A stretch of 64,000 nt of DNA from Kondoa subrosea. Its lineage: Eukaryota. Below the pieces are notes generated by a model. The model had not been told where the DNA came from, did not search any database, and saw only the letters and a list, made by a program, of their open reading frames with translations. Both the position numbers and the translations under genes were made by a program. This document shows positions 1 through 13,887 of this stretch, one piece after another (the first letter of the stretch is position 1; each line of letters begins with the position of its first letter). The DNA lies in assembly GCA_039545335.1 (NCBI GenBank), contig BCIN01000007.1:496001-560000 (forward strand), in the 5' to 3' direction.

Positions 1-28
1 ACCCTTTGACCTGGCCTACGGAACTCAC

Positions 29-182
29 AATCGGCTTCCTCATCAGCTGAGGACCCAGCACCATATATGACTGCTTCATCGGGATCTTCCTCATACTGGG
101 ATAAAGCCCTTCGCGACGAAGTTCTTTCAGGCGACTTGACGAAAGGTGCCCTGAGATAGCTTGGCTGCTGTTGTTGCTGCAT
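29..182 (-). CDS. First exon of a gene running off the left edge (MQQQQQPSYLRAPFVKSPERTSSRRALSQYEEDPDEAVIYGAGSSADEEAD), unknown product
   Basis: ATG at 182-180, open frame of ~51 codons ending at a GTGAGT donor. Confidence 0.5.
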
Positions 183-601
183 TACGTGTATTTTGAAATG
201 AGTGGTAGGGTGTTATAAAAGAGCTGTGGAAGAAGGGAAATTGCCATAGAAACGGCGCGACAGTTTAGCTTTCCAAAATTTGTTAGCGTTACTCAAGAGC
301 ACTGACTGTGATTGTGATAAAATAAGGGCTGAACGTCAGGTATAAATTACTAAAGTACTGTCCTGCAGCAGACTGGATATATTGGAAGTTTGTGTGAAGA
401 AAACAGAGTCGAAGCGCGTTCAAGCCGAATCTCTGAAAGCGGCAGGCGGCCGAAGACAAAAGATCCGCTTCAATAACTGGGGCAACAACGTCTAGCACAA
501 CGGCAGAATGTGTTCAAAGCGAGGCATGCTTGTATCTTCTCGCGGGGATTCATTGTACAACGTGACAACATTACAACCAGAGACCAAATAAAATAGCGAG
601 T

Positions 602-3600
602 TTATTCCAGTAGTGTACTGTAAACAATCATCAGCAGATGTGACAGAGTGCAAGGGAAGGCTAACCAGAAATTAGATGGGAAAACATTTCCGCCCCTATA
701 TAGAAGTCATTTGAGCTTCCTCCTTTGGTTTGTTCTTTCATCGAGAGCACTTACAGATGACGCCTGTTCTCGTCTAGTAATTCGCCCTGCCACCATCCAT
801 CCGGGTCCGTAGCGAAAACAGCAATCACATCATCTTCCTGGAAAGAGAATTCTTCCGGTACAGAAGCTACATAGTCGTAGATTGCTCTCACTGACAGCAT
901 GAGTGACATAAGTAGCAGTATACAACAGCAGGCTGAATCATTACTGACCAAAGAACAAAACCGGTCGGCCATTTGTGTAACCTCCAGGTGGTGCTTGAAC
1001 ACCAGTAGGCATAGCAGGTGAAGGAGCTCGCTGAACAGGCGCAGGTGATGGAGCTCGAGCTTGATGAGGTGGTTGAGAGTAATAAGGTTGCTGTTGCTGG
1101 GCTGCACCCATAGATACCACACTGGGAGAACGATAAGGCTGCTGTTGAGGTTGATTATAGTTCGACTGCTGGTAAGATGGTTGTTGGGCTTGCTGCTGAG
1201 CATAAGCTTGAGCTGGAGTTGCTGTATTTGGCGGCGCCTGAGATCCATAGCTTGGAGCACCTCTGCCATACCCAGATACGGGTCTTTGCTGCTGCTGCTG
1301 CTGCTGTTGAGGCTGCCCATAACCAGCATTCGATCCGTACTCGTTCATACCGGCAGGTGTACTCGACCTTTGCTGGTTTTGCTGATACAAAGAGTTTGGC
1401 CTTTGTTGGGCTAATGACTGCGTAGATTGAGCTGAGGCCATCGCAGGTGGTTGACCATACTGAGGTTGAGCATATTGGTGTTGAGAAGGTGCAGGTGAAA
1501 CAGGTCTAGCGGCATAATTCGAATGCACAGATTGCGGTCTAGGAGAAGTGGCTCGAGGAGGTGCTTGAAATTGCTGTTGTTGCTGATGCTGAGAAGATTG
1601 CTGATATTGATTGTATGAGGGCTGCCCATAAGTGGCTGGTTGATTATTCCCATAAGGCACTGGACTTGGACTTCTGACCGGTTGTCCATAGCCTTGTTGC
1701 GAGACAGCGCTAGTCGTTCTGGCTCTCGGGTCGCCATTAACAGGAGGATGAAAGCTTTGCTGAGAGACTGGTCGAGCTAATCTCTGTTCCCCGGGCATAG
1801 CTTGACCATAGTTCTGAACAGCTGAATCTCTTGGTGGTCCAGCACTCGGATTGCGCATCATAGCAGCAACAGGAGCGGGAGAAGAAGGAGCACCACTATA
1901 TCTGTTAGTTGACGGTGCTGGCGAAGCTGGAGTTTGGAAAGATCGATGTTGGGAAGGAACAGGAGAAGAAGCTCGTCTGTAGTCTTGCTGTTGAGATGGA
2001 GCGGGCGAAGCAGCTTGTCCTCTGCCAGCATCGTACGATTGCCTATATCCAGCTGCTGGCTGCTGCTGCTGCTGACCGTAAACATCATTCGTTGTGCTTC
2101 TTCTGGGCATATCGCTTGATTGAGATGGCGCAGGAGATTGGGCATAGCTATTCCTGTTCGACTGTGTGGGTTCTTTAGACTGCATACCAGGCAACTTGAT
2201 GCCTCCATAAGGTTTCGTTCGCTCTGGCGCTTTGTTCGGATCCCGTAAATCAGCCAAAAGTGCAGCTAATTCATCTTGTTCCGTATTTTCCTTTTTGACT
2301 TCTTGAGCAGGCTTGAACACAGGAGCTGATTGTATTGGATCTGGTTCTTCAGCTCTAGGCGAAGGAACGCGTTGTGAAGCAGTGCTGTCTTTTCTTGATC
2401 GGGTTGAGCCAGCTTGATTGTTCGGCGTTGCCAATTTCCCATCGTTGACAGGCTGGGAGGGAGATTTGTAAGAGGCAGCAATAGAGCCGTTTGAATATCG
2501 ATTCACTGGCTGCTGTTCTTGCCTTGTTGGTGCTAAAGAACCTTTCGACTGTCTTCGTTCTATCGGGCCTGTAGAAGGGTTGAAGGGTGCTGGAATCTCG
2601 GTATCTGGACGATTGAGGCTAAGAGGAGAGATAGGTTGAGGTGTTTGTGAAACAGAAGAACCATTACGAGAATGACTTTTCCGCTGCTGCTCTTCGTTGT
2701 ACGCTTGAGCTATTTGTTGAGCAGGTGAAGGAGGAGCTGTTCTTGCTGTTTCAGGTGCTTCTTGGCGAGAAGCGTAGGGATCTGGATTAGGCGTGGCAGA
2801 ATGAGGTGCGCTAGAGTAAGGTGCTTCTGCGGTCAAAGAGCGAGTAGAAGGAGGTCTTGAGTGCGATCTACCACTAGTAGACTGAGCAGATTGTGAGCCT
2901 TGTCGGCCTCGAGAAGGTGGGTGTTCATTATTGGGTGTAACGGCCTGCGAGGGAGGTTGAGATTGAGGCATTTGTTGACCTGGTTTTAGCGCATTCGCTA
3001 GATCTTGTAGGGCTTGACCAGTACTGATGATCTCAGTCTTTGCTGAACTTCGAGCGAAAGAAGCAGTGCGATAAGTTGCTTTCCTGTTATCCCCATGATC
3101 GCCTCTCTCGTAGTTGACAAAGGCAGGAACATCTGTCAGAAAAAGACACCCGAAGAATCAGCACGAGCTAAATCCCGCAGCAATCGTCTGACCAAAGATC
3201 TTTGCTCCAGTGCCTCGCTCATTTGCAAATTGTCTGAGATCGGCGGGTGCATTACAAGTTTCAAGCACTCTTCGAACATTCTCACATGACTGTACAAGAC
3301 CCAAATACTCTATGAGCAAGAAGCAGACACAGATATCAGTCCACGTACCTCATCATCCGTAACGCAAATTAAACTAGCACCATTGGCATAATCCCATAAA
3401 CTGATTCGCATATAGTTCAAGCGTTCTTCTTCCAGATCTTGAGCTAGATCACAGAAGGACTTCCATTCAAGATTCCATTTGCTGTACGTCATGAATCTTA
3501 CGAATCAACACCGAAGACTGTTTCGTAAGAAGTATTGGCGTACGTATTTGTCTCTTTTAGAGCATGGGAGAAGACTTCGTACTCCTTCTTGTTCACTTGA

Positions 3601-4473
3601 ACAGTCTGGTTGGCTTTATCCAGCTTTGCGGAGACCTAATCCATGTTTTTAAGGATGCATTGAATTCCTAAGAAATTGATTTCACCTTGTCTAGATCGCG
3701 ACCTTGTGTCAAACTAGTCTGCGCTGTCAGACCATTGATTGAAACACAATCGGTCTTGTACTTCTCCTTTGCCTGTATCTCATATTAGTCAATGGCTTTA
3801 AACAGCCAAAGTAGCCCACTTTCGCCGCAAGTCGTTCTTGATCCAGCTTAGCTCTATAAAGCTTCTCAATAGAGCCTTGATGCTGTAGGACATCCAAGTG
3901 TCATCAGTAGACCATTCTACCGATGCGCAGCATGCCTACATTTGCTTTTTTCCCATCTCGAACGGTTTGGAACTCTCTTGTCCTGTTCTCTAATGCTGTG
4001 CGAAACATACTAGAGCAATATCTAAGCATATGTAGATGTATGGAGCAGGTGACGAACATGCCCAGCTTATCGTGTGCATCTGCAGTATTGGCGACTTCCA
4101 TTCTTACGCGATCCAAAGCGAGCCGCATAGAGCTGTCAAGTGAAGTGAATCAGTAAAGATGCATGCTTCTACTGAGTCCCGTAGCTGACCCAGACTCTTC
4201 TCTGCCCAAGTATTGCCTTGACAGTTTGGATAACTTCTTCGCATAGTCCTCCTCAATTGCAGCTCGACTGTTATAGAACCCTCTGAGATCCTCCAAAGTC
4301 TTGCTCCCGTTCTTCAATCTGATCATCAAAGCCTCATAGCCAGCGCCTTGAACGTCCCAGAACGAATTGCAGAAGTCATTCGGGTCTGCATCCATTGAGG
4401 ATTGCAGACCAGGGCCATTGCTACGTTGATCTGATTGCGAGCCTCTACGTGAGCTTGAAGGCCGCCTCTCCAT
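602..4473 (-). CDS. HOF1: F-BAR (PCH) / SH3 cytokinesis protein, Cdc15/Hof1/Imp2 family
   Basis: N-terminal FCH motif (FCNSFWD..GAGYEALMIRLKNG..RAAIEEDYAKKLSKL), F-BAR helices (QDLEEERLNYMR..LWDYAN), long P/Q/S-rich linker, C-terminal SH3 (VRAIYDY..EEFSFQEDDVIAV..DGWWQGE..GNVFPSNF); multiple introns. Confidence 0.85.
1286..1308 (-). repeat. CAG/CAA run encoding poly-Gln in the Hof1 linker
   Basis: ttgctgctgctgctgctgctgttg on + strand. Confidence 0.7.
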
Positions 4474-4669
4474 GCTTCAAGACAGGTATAAAAGGCTAGA
4501 TGATATATTCAGCACTCGGTTGTTGTTTGGCAAGAACGACTTCGCAAGTTGGTGGTCAACGTTAGGCTGCCACTAGATGATACTAGATGATTCCCATTGT
4601 GGAGCTATGTAGAGCAGCCCTGCTGCTGCTGTCTGTGATCAAATAGTCCTTTGAGTTCCCTTTCTCCTA

Positions 4670-5490
4670 TTTACTTGCAAGACATCATCATCTCTTCTCG
4701 TTCTATCTTGTTCGATATCTCTCCCTCGACACTCTACCCATATCTAGCGTTACCAATCCTAGTCACATTGATCAGCCTGGGTGTGGAACTCGAGTAAAGT
4801 CCTCTCACTTACATCTGGAAATTCTTGATAGCGGTAACTTGATTCACCATATCCCATACTGCCCTCGTAAGCCTTGTCGCGTTCCCTCTCCTCTTCCGAA
4901 TCTACATCATCAACCGATTCACCTCCAAGCCCATCTCCACTGCTCGATTCCGTATCGCTGATTTCTGTCTCGTAATCTCGTCGCTGTCGAAGCTGACTGT
5001 CGAAGGCGGTTTGCGAGCTTCACTAATGTGTTGATCAGGTAATGCTTGAATGGCTTCTGAAAAGGATAATAGACGAAATTGCGTGTCACGAGGATAATAT
5101 ACAATTGATGCTTCTTGTTGTTTGTCTACTTCTTGCTCTTCGTTTTCATTTTCACTTGAATCGCCTGAGTGTGTGTCCGCTTGTAGTATCTCCTCATAAC
5201 CCGCGCAGACATTCCGCTGTAGTATTGGAAATGAGGATGAGCGAAGATTCTGCTTTGACAGATTGTCACTGACTATAGCATCAAAGTCCCATAGTTGATC
5301 GAAAGAGTGATCGTCATCCCACGACCCGTCTTTATCGACCCATCTCGTTACCAATTTCCTGACAATTTGAAGTGAAGTATTTTCCGGCTATAGATTGACA
5401 CTTCGTAGGATATCTTGCGAAAGATTGGTCGTGATCGGATCGAAAGAGATGGTACTAGGGATAATTTGCCATTCGCTTGCGTCGTTACCA
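4670..5490 (-). CDS. Hypothetical protein (spliced; ends uncertain)
   Basis: 150-aa ORF 4902-5354 with acidic tract, flanked by plausible donors/acceptors and further in-frame exons. Confidence 0.45.
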
Positions 5491-5687
5491 TATAGATGAG
5501 AGATCGGAGGACAATGACTGAGGAGATCATTCAGAGTTATCCCGTCGCGCGGAGTGCCTTTATGATCATCGCAATGAACCGAGGTGCATGAAAAGCAAAG
5601 AGAAGCCCGTTCGAGAACATCAACAGAACCAGAGACAGACCAGTCTTTGGGCAGAAGTCTTCTGGTTTGAGCAAGAAATGTTTGCTT

Positions 5688-7166
5688 TCAACGGGTTTGG
5701 TAAGAAGGTAGTTCAGCTAATGCTTTTGTCCAATCTGATTCTTCAGGCAAAATGCCTAAAGTGGTGTGAAGCAGTCCTTTGATAGCAGGAATCTGCTGAA
5801 TATGCGAAAGAGGCATCGATATCTGGTCTGCAGAGCTTTGCCCATAAATCTCCGTGTAGTGCTTATACCGTTCTTCAAAGTAACGTTGCGCAGCTCGATC
5901 TTGTAGTTTTTGCTTTCGACAATCCATTTCTGCGAAGATCTTTTTACACACAGTAGGCCAATTGTCATCAGTGATTTGTATGGTGGACTTGAACAAATCC
6001 GAGCTATAGAATTTGTCATTTGGTTTGATCCACGATAGAGAATGACCAGATCTTTCAAACGAGCGAGGATATCAGCTTTTCGGCTTGCTTTCAAGCGCTT
6101 TGAGGCTCTTCTCTTTGATCTAATGAATTTACAGAAACGGCTACGCAATTTGCTCTGCTCTGTGGCGCGCTGCATCGCATGTTAGCTTTTCTAAGGAGTA
6201 GATATGAGACGACTGACTTGCTCTATCTTGTCGTAAGCGAATTCACCGATCCACTCTTGTATCCATGGCCGCTCAGCAACATATTCAGCTGCGTATCTTG
6301 CCTGTACTGGTTTCAAGTGGTCGCCCATGCCAGCAGATAAGCCTTTCTGCCAAGGCTTCCGCGATAACAGGGCAATGCCGTACTTTTTCGCCCATGCTTC
6401 AACATTGCTGAGTTCGATATCTTGAAAGTCTTCGAGCATCGAATACGCGCGAAGTAGATCCAACCGCAAGCAAGTGACCTCCCAACAGACGTTGCGCTCA
6501 GTATAACTCCAATCTGGAATATTTCTCGTCTGCTTTGCTCGCATTCCCTGTTCGGTGTTATGCTTTGAACGATTGATTAACGCTAATGCGACATCTTTCT
6601 TCGTGACAAGACGACCCTTGGCGGTGCATGTACCCCTGATCAATCTGAAAACGAATAAGATGCCTAGTCAAGTAAATGTGAGGTGCACTAACTCAGCTCC
6701 GACACATCTACTGCATATGCGGGCAGAGAGGAAGAATTTCGGTACGGCGGCTGTCGCTAAGTTGCATAGATCCATATGCTTCTTGAGGGGAAGGTTATAT
6801 TCATGAGCCGAAATATGAGCCTCTTCTGACTTTGTCTCGTCGGATTCGTGTAAGCCGCAGACCTGCATTGAGAATTGAGTGATCACTTTGACATTGCAAA
6901 ATAATGCGTACTGTACATTCGCCAAACAGCATGAAGCGGACAAATGAAGGTAAGCTGGTTTTGGGAGGAATTGAAGGAAAGACTCCATGATAAGTAGATT
7001 TGATCGCGTCTTGCCAGATCGTTTCGGTGTTCCTGCTCAAGAGAAGAGCACGAAGAGGCTTCGAGACGCGAGAAAGGTGCAGAAGGTCTTCTGGCTTGAG
7101 TAATCCAAGGATCAGAAACTGCAATTCGGTAGCGAGGCCTTCAAGCCGCGCAAGAGGACGCTGCAT
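5688..7166 (-). CDS. F-box domain protein
   Basis: N-terminal F-box LEGLATELQFLILGLLKPEDLLHLSRVSKPLRALLL..IW followed by Cys-containing exons; several introns. Confidence 0.75.
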
Positions 7167-7296
7167 AACGCAATGCGCACTTGCAACGATGCTCAAGATG
7201 TGATATATAGCTCTTGGTATGCTCCAGCCGTAAGGGCAGGATATTGCTTCGCGGAAGACCTGCTTGCATTGTTGCACCGAACGAATGTATTGCTGA

Positions 7297-8780
7297 ATGC
7301 GAGCTCGCCTCCTTGCTCGCGCGACATGTCGACACTATTCTACTCTTCCAGTAACAATCAAGCAATTGCTAGCATCTGAGTCTCCTCGGGGTGCAGTCGA
7401 AATCTCAGGCTGGGTTAGATCCATCCGACAGCAGAAACGTATAGCTTTTGCTGAGCTCACTGATGGCTCTACATCTGAATCCTTGCAAGTGGTACTGGAT
7501 CCGCTGAAAGCTGAAGAGTTCGTGATGCGTAAAATGCAATAGTGCATGAATCGAAGATATATATACAGACTATCTACTGGTTGCTCGGTCTCGCTCAAAG
7601 GCTCGCTGCAAGCATCTAAAGGCGCTGGTCAATCGCTAGAGCTAAAAGCGGAGGAAGTCTCTCTGCTAGGAAGTTGTGATGTAGTGAGTTTCTTATTGAC
7701 TCGCAAGTATGTCTGCTAATATCATTCAGACATATCCTATTCAAAAGAAGGCTCATACTGCGGCCTTCTTACGCAAGATCCCTCACATGCGACCAAGAAC
7801 AGCTGAAATAGCGTCCATGCTTCGCTTTAGGCATCAAGCTCGCGAAGCCGTTTCCGCTTACCTTTTTGTTCGGTCTTCTCCCTCTTCAATGCTCCTTTCG
7901 TGCTCAATACATGTGATGTTAGGCCAATGATTTCATTCAAGTTGAACCGCCTCTTTTGACAAATTCAGATTGCGAAGGTGGATCTTCAGTTTTCAGAGTT
8001 GAATCCTCTACTTCTTTCCCATCCGCATCCTTCTCCAAGAAGAAAAATCCACCCGAACCTTTCTTTTCCTCCCCGACTTATTTAACAGTCTCTTCCCAAT
8101 TATACTTGGAAGCTTTATCGAGTTCCTTAGGCAGAGTATGGACTTTGTCACCCGCTTTTCGAGCAGAAGAACATTCGCTCACAAGCAGACATTTAACTGA
8201 ATTCACTATGCTGGAAATCGAATTATCTTTTGTTACTTTGGATCAAGTAATGGATGTGGTTGAAGGATGTATCAGATCCATTTTACCCGAGGAGAAGAAA
8301 GATGAAATTTGGAAAAGGATTACTTATACTCAAGCAATCACTATTCTACAAGATAAAGGAAAAGAAGTAGAATGGGGTGAAGAAATGAAAACGGAAGATG
8401 AGAAATTCTTATGTCAACATTTTAATGGACCGGTATTCGTCATTCGTTATCCTAGGAAACTTAAGCCTTTCTATATGCGACCTTCACCTGAGGGAGAAGA
8501 AGATACGGTTGAATGCTTTGATTTACTAGTACCGAGAATAGGTGAATTGGCAGGTGGAAGTTTGAGGGAAGAAAGATATGATGAGTTGGTCAAAGCGATG
8601 GAGAAAAAAAAGTTGAACAAGGAAGATTATGATTGGTACCTGGATCTGAGGAGATATGGATCTGTTCCGCATGGTGGATTTGGGTTAGGTTGGGAAAGAT
8701 TGATCAGCTGGTTGCTGAAATTAGACAACGTTAGAGAGTGCATAGCTTTCCCAAGGGGAACAGAAGGGTTTAAGGTGTAA
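7297..8780 (+). CDS. SLM5: Mitochondrial asparaginyl-tRNA synthetase
   Basis: Presequence-like N-terminus, OB-fold GWVRSIR, YLTVSSQLYLE, FRAE..SRHLTEFTMLEIE, KPFYM, ELAGGSLREER, WYLDLRRYGSVPHGGFGLGWERL. Confidence 0.92.
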
Positions 8781-8867
8781 TACTCGAAGAATGAAAACAC
8801 AATTGCATGCCAGTTTCTTGCTAGACTAGGCCTTTTTTCGTATACAAACGCATTGCAGAAATGCTGA

Positions 8868-9431
8868 TTAGAATCCACGACCACGTCCTCCGCCTCTTGG
8901 TCCTCCGCGTCCGCGTCCCCTCTACGACACGATAACATTTAGCTTGACACAGAATTCGAAAAGGAAAGCAAGACGCACATCACCACCTCTTCCACCTCGA
9001 GCTCCCCTAGCTCCGCCTCTCCCTCTATCAGCTGCTTCTTTCCTCTTTGATGGTTTTGGTGCATCGTCTACAAGTAAAGTGTCGAGTGGAAGAGAGTCGG
9101 GCAAGATCACATAACGAATGTTGTTGCCTCTGATGGAAAGAGTGTCTAGCTGTTGCGGTTCTCCATTACGTACGACCATTTTGACTGCTTTGAGGAAAGT
9201 GTTCATAGAAATATCGACCGCTGTGTTCGAAGGCATGAATGAGCGAGTCTCTACAGGTAATGAGAGCTGCTCTTACCTGTTATTGTACCATGTACTGTCG
9301 TGCCATTCTTCAGCTCTAGCGTGCACGTCTCATTGTTGAGTTTCTGTAGGAACCTATTGACATGGACAGATTATCAGCGAAAAGTCGAAAAGTCGAGCCA
9401 AGGAAGGCAGAGCTGACCGTATCAACTTCAT
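8868..9431 (-). CDS. SMD1: Small nuclear ribonucleoprotein Sm D1
   Basis: [67 protein letters not shown] plus RG-rich tail; 3 introns. Confidence 0.95.
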
Positions 9432-9842
9432 AGCTGGCTGGGAAGTGTATAGTAGGGGAGCAACAGGCGAAGATGAGGTCGAGCTCGCTGTTTGGCTCGA
9501 AGCAGGCTTGCCCTCGAACCGAAATCTGCGAGCTGCCTTGAAGGCCTGTCAAGACGATATCCGATCCCGCCGCTGGCATATATACCTTGCATTCTATTCA
9601 ATCAGGACTCTGCAGAAGCCTTCAAGCTCTTGTATTGATTTCTGCTTGTGGATCTGGTTGCTTCCTTCGCCTGTTCTTGCACGTAAGAGTAGGATCGCGA
9701 GAGTAGGGCGGTGAAGATACAGGACTGTCAACGGGCCTAAGTTGTGAGGCAAGACTTAGGAGTCCGTGCGTGAGCTGTCGTTCTGTAACCGCTTATGACC
9801 TGCATTGATTCCCTATAGGTGTGTCCTCTAGGAGTGTGTACG

Positions 9843-10967
9843 ATGATCAATTCCAGCGCAGAATATGGCCAGCTAACATATCAAGAGGCCCTTAGTGCAA
9901 ATACAGCTTTACCTCGCTTTATGTGAGTCAGTGCCATTGGGATACTAAAGGCACAACTGAATCGCCCTATCAGTCACGCTATCAAGCAGTGCTGTGCAGA
10001 CCCATCTTCGTATATTACTTTCTTGGAGGAATTCAGCGCCGGATGTCCCGTTGAACATCGAAATGCATCCAGTGTAGTGCTGGTCAAACGAGCTTTAATC
10101 TCGGACTTTGATCTTCTGATGCTTCAATTTAAGAGTGTCGTGGCGGACATCAATTCTTCATCTTCCATACCCAGATATTTCATGGGTATAACGAATTCGT
10201 CTGGTTTCTGCCAATTTCTCTATCAAGACCTGTCGACACTTCGTAACATGCCCCTTGCCAAGATTACAAACTTTCTTGAAGTATGTGTAACGACAGAATT
10301 GCTCTCCACAATGGGTATTTATCACAGCTGGACTGAATGTGGCCGAGGTTTTGAAGGGGAGAAGCTCGATGATGATGTCAAAGAAACGGCAATTATGAAC
10401 TTTCGGTCCCTGACTTCTCTTATTCTGCGGCATGATCAAGTACAATATCCCGCTGCGATATGTCTGCCGCCTCACCTCTTTTCTGGTACAAGCATATCTA
10501 CTCAATGCATACTGAAGTCATTCATGGAGATCATCGAACCAGTCTGGCAACAATCTGTTCACGCTTTCGCTTTCGCTTTGGGCCAACCTATTTCCGCTGG
10601 TCAAGAAACAGACATTGTAATGGATCGAAGCCGAATCAGGGAGCGCTTTTCGCATAAATTTCCTGGCAGGTTGGAAGAGTACCGAAAAAACATATACGAA
10701 GTCTGCATGTCTTGTGGAAAATACCAAACCGGGTTAGATCAGGTTAAAGAGCGGATGAAGCTTTGCGCAGGTTGTTGTCTAGCCATGTAGTAAGTCTTAT
10801 ATCTTCTGAGATCGGTGCATTCTCATTTCGATGAGTAGCTGCTCTACCGAGTGCCAGAAAGAAGATTGGAAGCAGGGCGGTCATCGAGAGGTCAGCTTTG
10901 CCCTGCCTGACTATTATGTGAGCTGATAATTGCAAGACAGGCTTGTAGCAGAGAGTGCGAGGGATGA
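9843..10967 (+). CDS. MYND-type zinc finger protein (paralog A); 5' end may extend to ~9362
   Basis: CMSC..KLCAGCCLAMYCSTECQKEDWKQGGHREACS after splicing 2 terminal introns. Confidence 0.75.
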
Positions 10968-11237
10968 AGTAAGCAGTCTGTCTTGGACTGCTAGACGGTG
11001 CTCTACTGTACTGTTGGCATCAAGAGGTCCCAGTCTCAAACCTTCTGTATACTTTGATCATGCTCAGATTCGCCTGCATTCGCGATAGTATAATGAATGA
11101 ACGTGTGCCAATAGATTAGCTGCAGTGTTCGACCTCTTTGCTTTATTTTCCCAAACTTCAACGAGATGATGTAATCACCCGGTGCAGGTCAAAATGCGAC
11201 GTCGGTATATCTTTGCAAAGCAACCAAAGCCACTGAT

Positions 11238-13272
11238 ATGCCAGCAAACGAGCAGCAGCCCTTGTTGGAGAAGAAGGAGCTGAAAGAAGAGGATGCTGAA
11301 GAATCGCTGGGGTTCGCGTTCTCACCAAGCAAGAAATGGACTATTCTCTCGGTCATCTTCGTTGTGCAGCTGAGCATGAATTACAATGCGAGTGTCTATG
11401 GATTTGCAGTGAAAGATGTGTCAAAAGAGTTTGGTGTCAGCGAAATCAAAGCAAGGTGAATGAAGTGATCGGCACATGTTGAAAAAATGCTGAAGATCTG
11501 CTGTAGACTAGGACAGTCCATCTTCTTGATCTGCTATGGTCCGCGTATTCCAATTTTTCTCTCGATCACTGCTAACGACATTTTACATCAGGTTTCGGTT
11601 GCGAGCTGTTTGCTCCTTGGTCCGAGTCTAGTCTTGGGCGAGTTCTGGTCATGCAACTGTCCATGACTCTAGTCAATGCTTTCACTGCAATGGGCGTCTT
11701 TGCACCCAATTTCACTACCTTGATGGCTTCTCGAGCTCTTGCCGGATTATCTTCAGCCGGAGGAAGTGTCACTTTGGGAAGTAAGTACGCTTTGTTCTAT
11801 TATTAACACTGTCTGAAATACTTGGTGATCTTAGTGGTCGCCGATCTTGAAAGATCAGCTACACATCAATATGCGGTGTCAGTCGACTATTGACTGTCTT
11901 GCCTTCTCTTACTGTCCTTCAGATCCTTCATTGTGCTAGCTAGTACTCTTGGGAGTGTGGTCGGTGGTATAGGAGGACCTTTACTTGCAGAATATTCCTC
12001 TTGGAGATGGAACGTATGTCAGCGCGCGTCTTTCACAAATGTATGCTCAACGGATTATACAGCTTGGCTCGCAATTGATCTTTGGCTTGATCGCTCAAGT
12101 TCTGCACCTTCTGCTAGTACCGGAAACCTACACAGACGTGTTGATAGATAGAGAAGCGAAGCGCAGACGTGACGCAGGGGAAGAAAAGGTCTATGGCCCA
12201 AATGAATTGAGTGATGGATATTCAATAAAGAGCATAGTCAAGGTAAGTCTCATCTAGATTTTTTGACCTGTGCTTATCTTTTATGGTCAGATTATCGGAC
12301 GACCCTACTACATGATAGCAACTGAACCTATCGTTCTCTTCTTGTCGTTACTATCCGGATTTTCCGATGCTTTGTCCTTCATTTTTATTGAAAGCTTCCC
12401 TTTAGTGTATAAGCAATTTGGTATTCTATCTCTATGCCATAATGTGCACAATGCTCATATGGTTTTCAGGTCTATCGGAATCTGCTTTGGCTTTCACTTT
12501 TATTCCTCTGGCGCTAGGCTATGTCATTGCTTTCTTCCTCTATTTCCCCAGCATCAGGACACAGCAAAAGATTAGAGCAGAAGATCCAGACAAGCTTACA
12601 CCTGAATCTCGCCTGAAGTGGCTACTATATCGTATGTCTCTCCGCAGGATATCAGAAGCCAATTGAAAGTATTTACATAGTCGTACCGCTTGAACCTATC
12701 GGCTTGCTACTTTTCGCTTGGACTTCTGCGCCATTCCTTGTCGGTCACAGAGTCTGGATACCGATGGCATCTACTATTCTGATCGCAATGGCAAACTATA
12801 CAGTACGGACTTTCTTTTGTCTTCTTGTCGAAACCTGTGCTCTGTCTCATTCTTCTATTCAGGTATATATGACTAGTGTAGATTATATGATTGCTGCATA
12901 CGGGTAAGTCAATTCGTGCTGTGTTGTGTCGTAGTTGACGTAGTGCTTAGAAACCATGCGGCTTCCGCTACTGGCGGTAACGGCTGGATGAGAGACGTGT
13001 TATCAGGTCTCGCAGCCTTAGGCGCAACTGAATTCTATACTTCGATAGGCGAGTCCTGTTCTGTTCTATAGTAGAGCACTCAAGCTGATTATAACACAGG
13101 CGATAAGTACCAGTATCAATGGGCAAGCACGATATTGGCTGGACTGAGTTTGCTAGTAGCAATCCCGTGAGCCTTGTTCTGGAAGTGATTAACCTTGACT
13201 TACTTTTTCCATAGGGCGTATATCTTTTACAAACATGGAGGAAGCTTCAGAGAACGCTCAGCTTATGCTTGA
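11238..13272 (+). CDS. MFS transporter, DHA1 (drug:H+ antiporter) type
   Basis: KKWTILSVIFVVQLSMNYNAS, GFGCELFAPWSE, RALAGLSSAGGSVTL, VPET, EPIVLFLSLLSGFSDAL, PESRL, DYMIAAYG..AASATGGNG; many introns. Confidence 0.88.
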
Positions 13273-13412
13273 AATAGCCCGTCAATCTCATTCAATTCAG
13301 CTCTGACCAATATTTCTTGGAAGATAATTTATTGAACATTTTTACTTGTATACCAGCTTTACCCATAATCGTCAAAATGTAATTCTAGAATACACTGTCG
13401 CTGCGTTATGTC

Positions 13413-13842
13413 TCAGTGGATAGACAAAGGGTATAGTACAGCTTTACTACAATAGTCTAGTGTACAAGAATAGTACGACCTGCGACTGCTTGGACAGGTC
13501 ATGGGAAGCTGAAGAGCACCAGCCAATGAAACATTGTTTGCTGCTCTGCAAATAAATCTGATCATTCCGTTGCAGCGGTAGATGCGTACTGTCTGAAGAG
13601 CACTCACCGTTCCGCCTACTTTGGAATTTAGCATGCCGCGGCGTATAAGCGCTCGTTGGCGACGAATCTTGCGAGAATCGATTTGCGAAAAGAAACCGGT
13701 CAAGTTTGGAAATAGGATGGGTCTTTGTGCTTTCTCGTGTTGGCGATGGTGGTATAGAATGCTCATTTATCGGATGCGAGGGATGAATGCTGTTGGAACA
13801 AAAAGGCTGTACCTGATTGAGTTTCCCATTCTCTGTCGACAT
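13413..13842 (-). CDS. Possible small hypothetical protein
   Basis: 131-aa ATG ORF with internal GTGAGT donor; no recognisable domain. Confidence 0.25.
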
Positions 13843-13887
13843 TAGGCAAGAAGTACCTAAGAAGCTCGAACGGCCAGCTGTAGTAGA

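Noticed and set aside
751..2481. Several overlapping ORFs in alternative frames or the opposite strand of HOF1
   Set aside because: Shadow ORFs of low-complexity P/Q/S coding sequence; only the SH3 exon of 751-1329 is real
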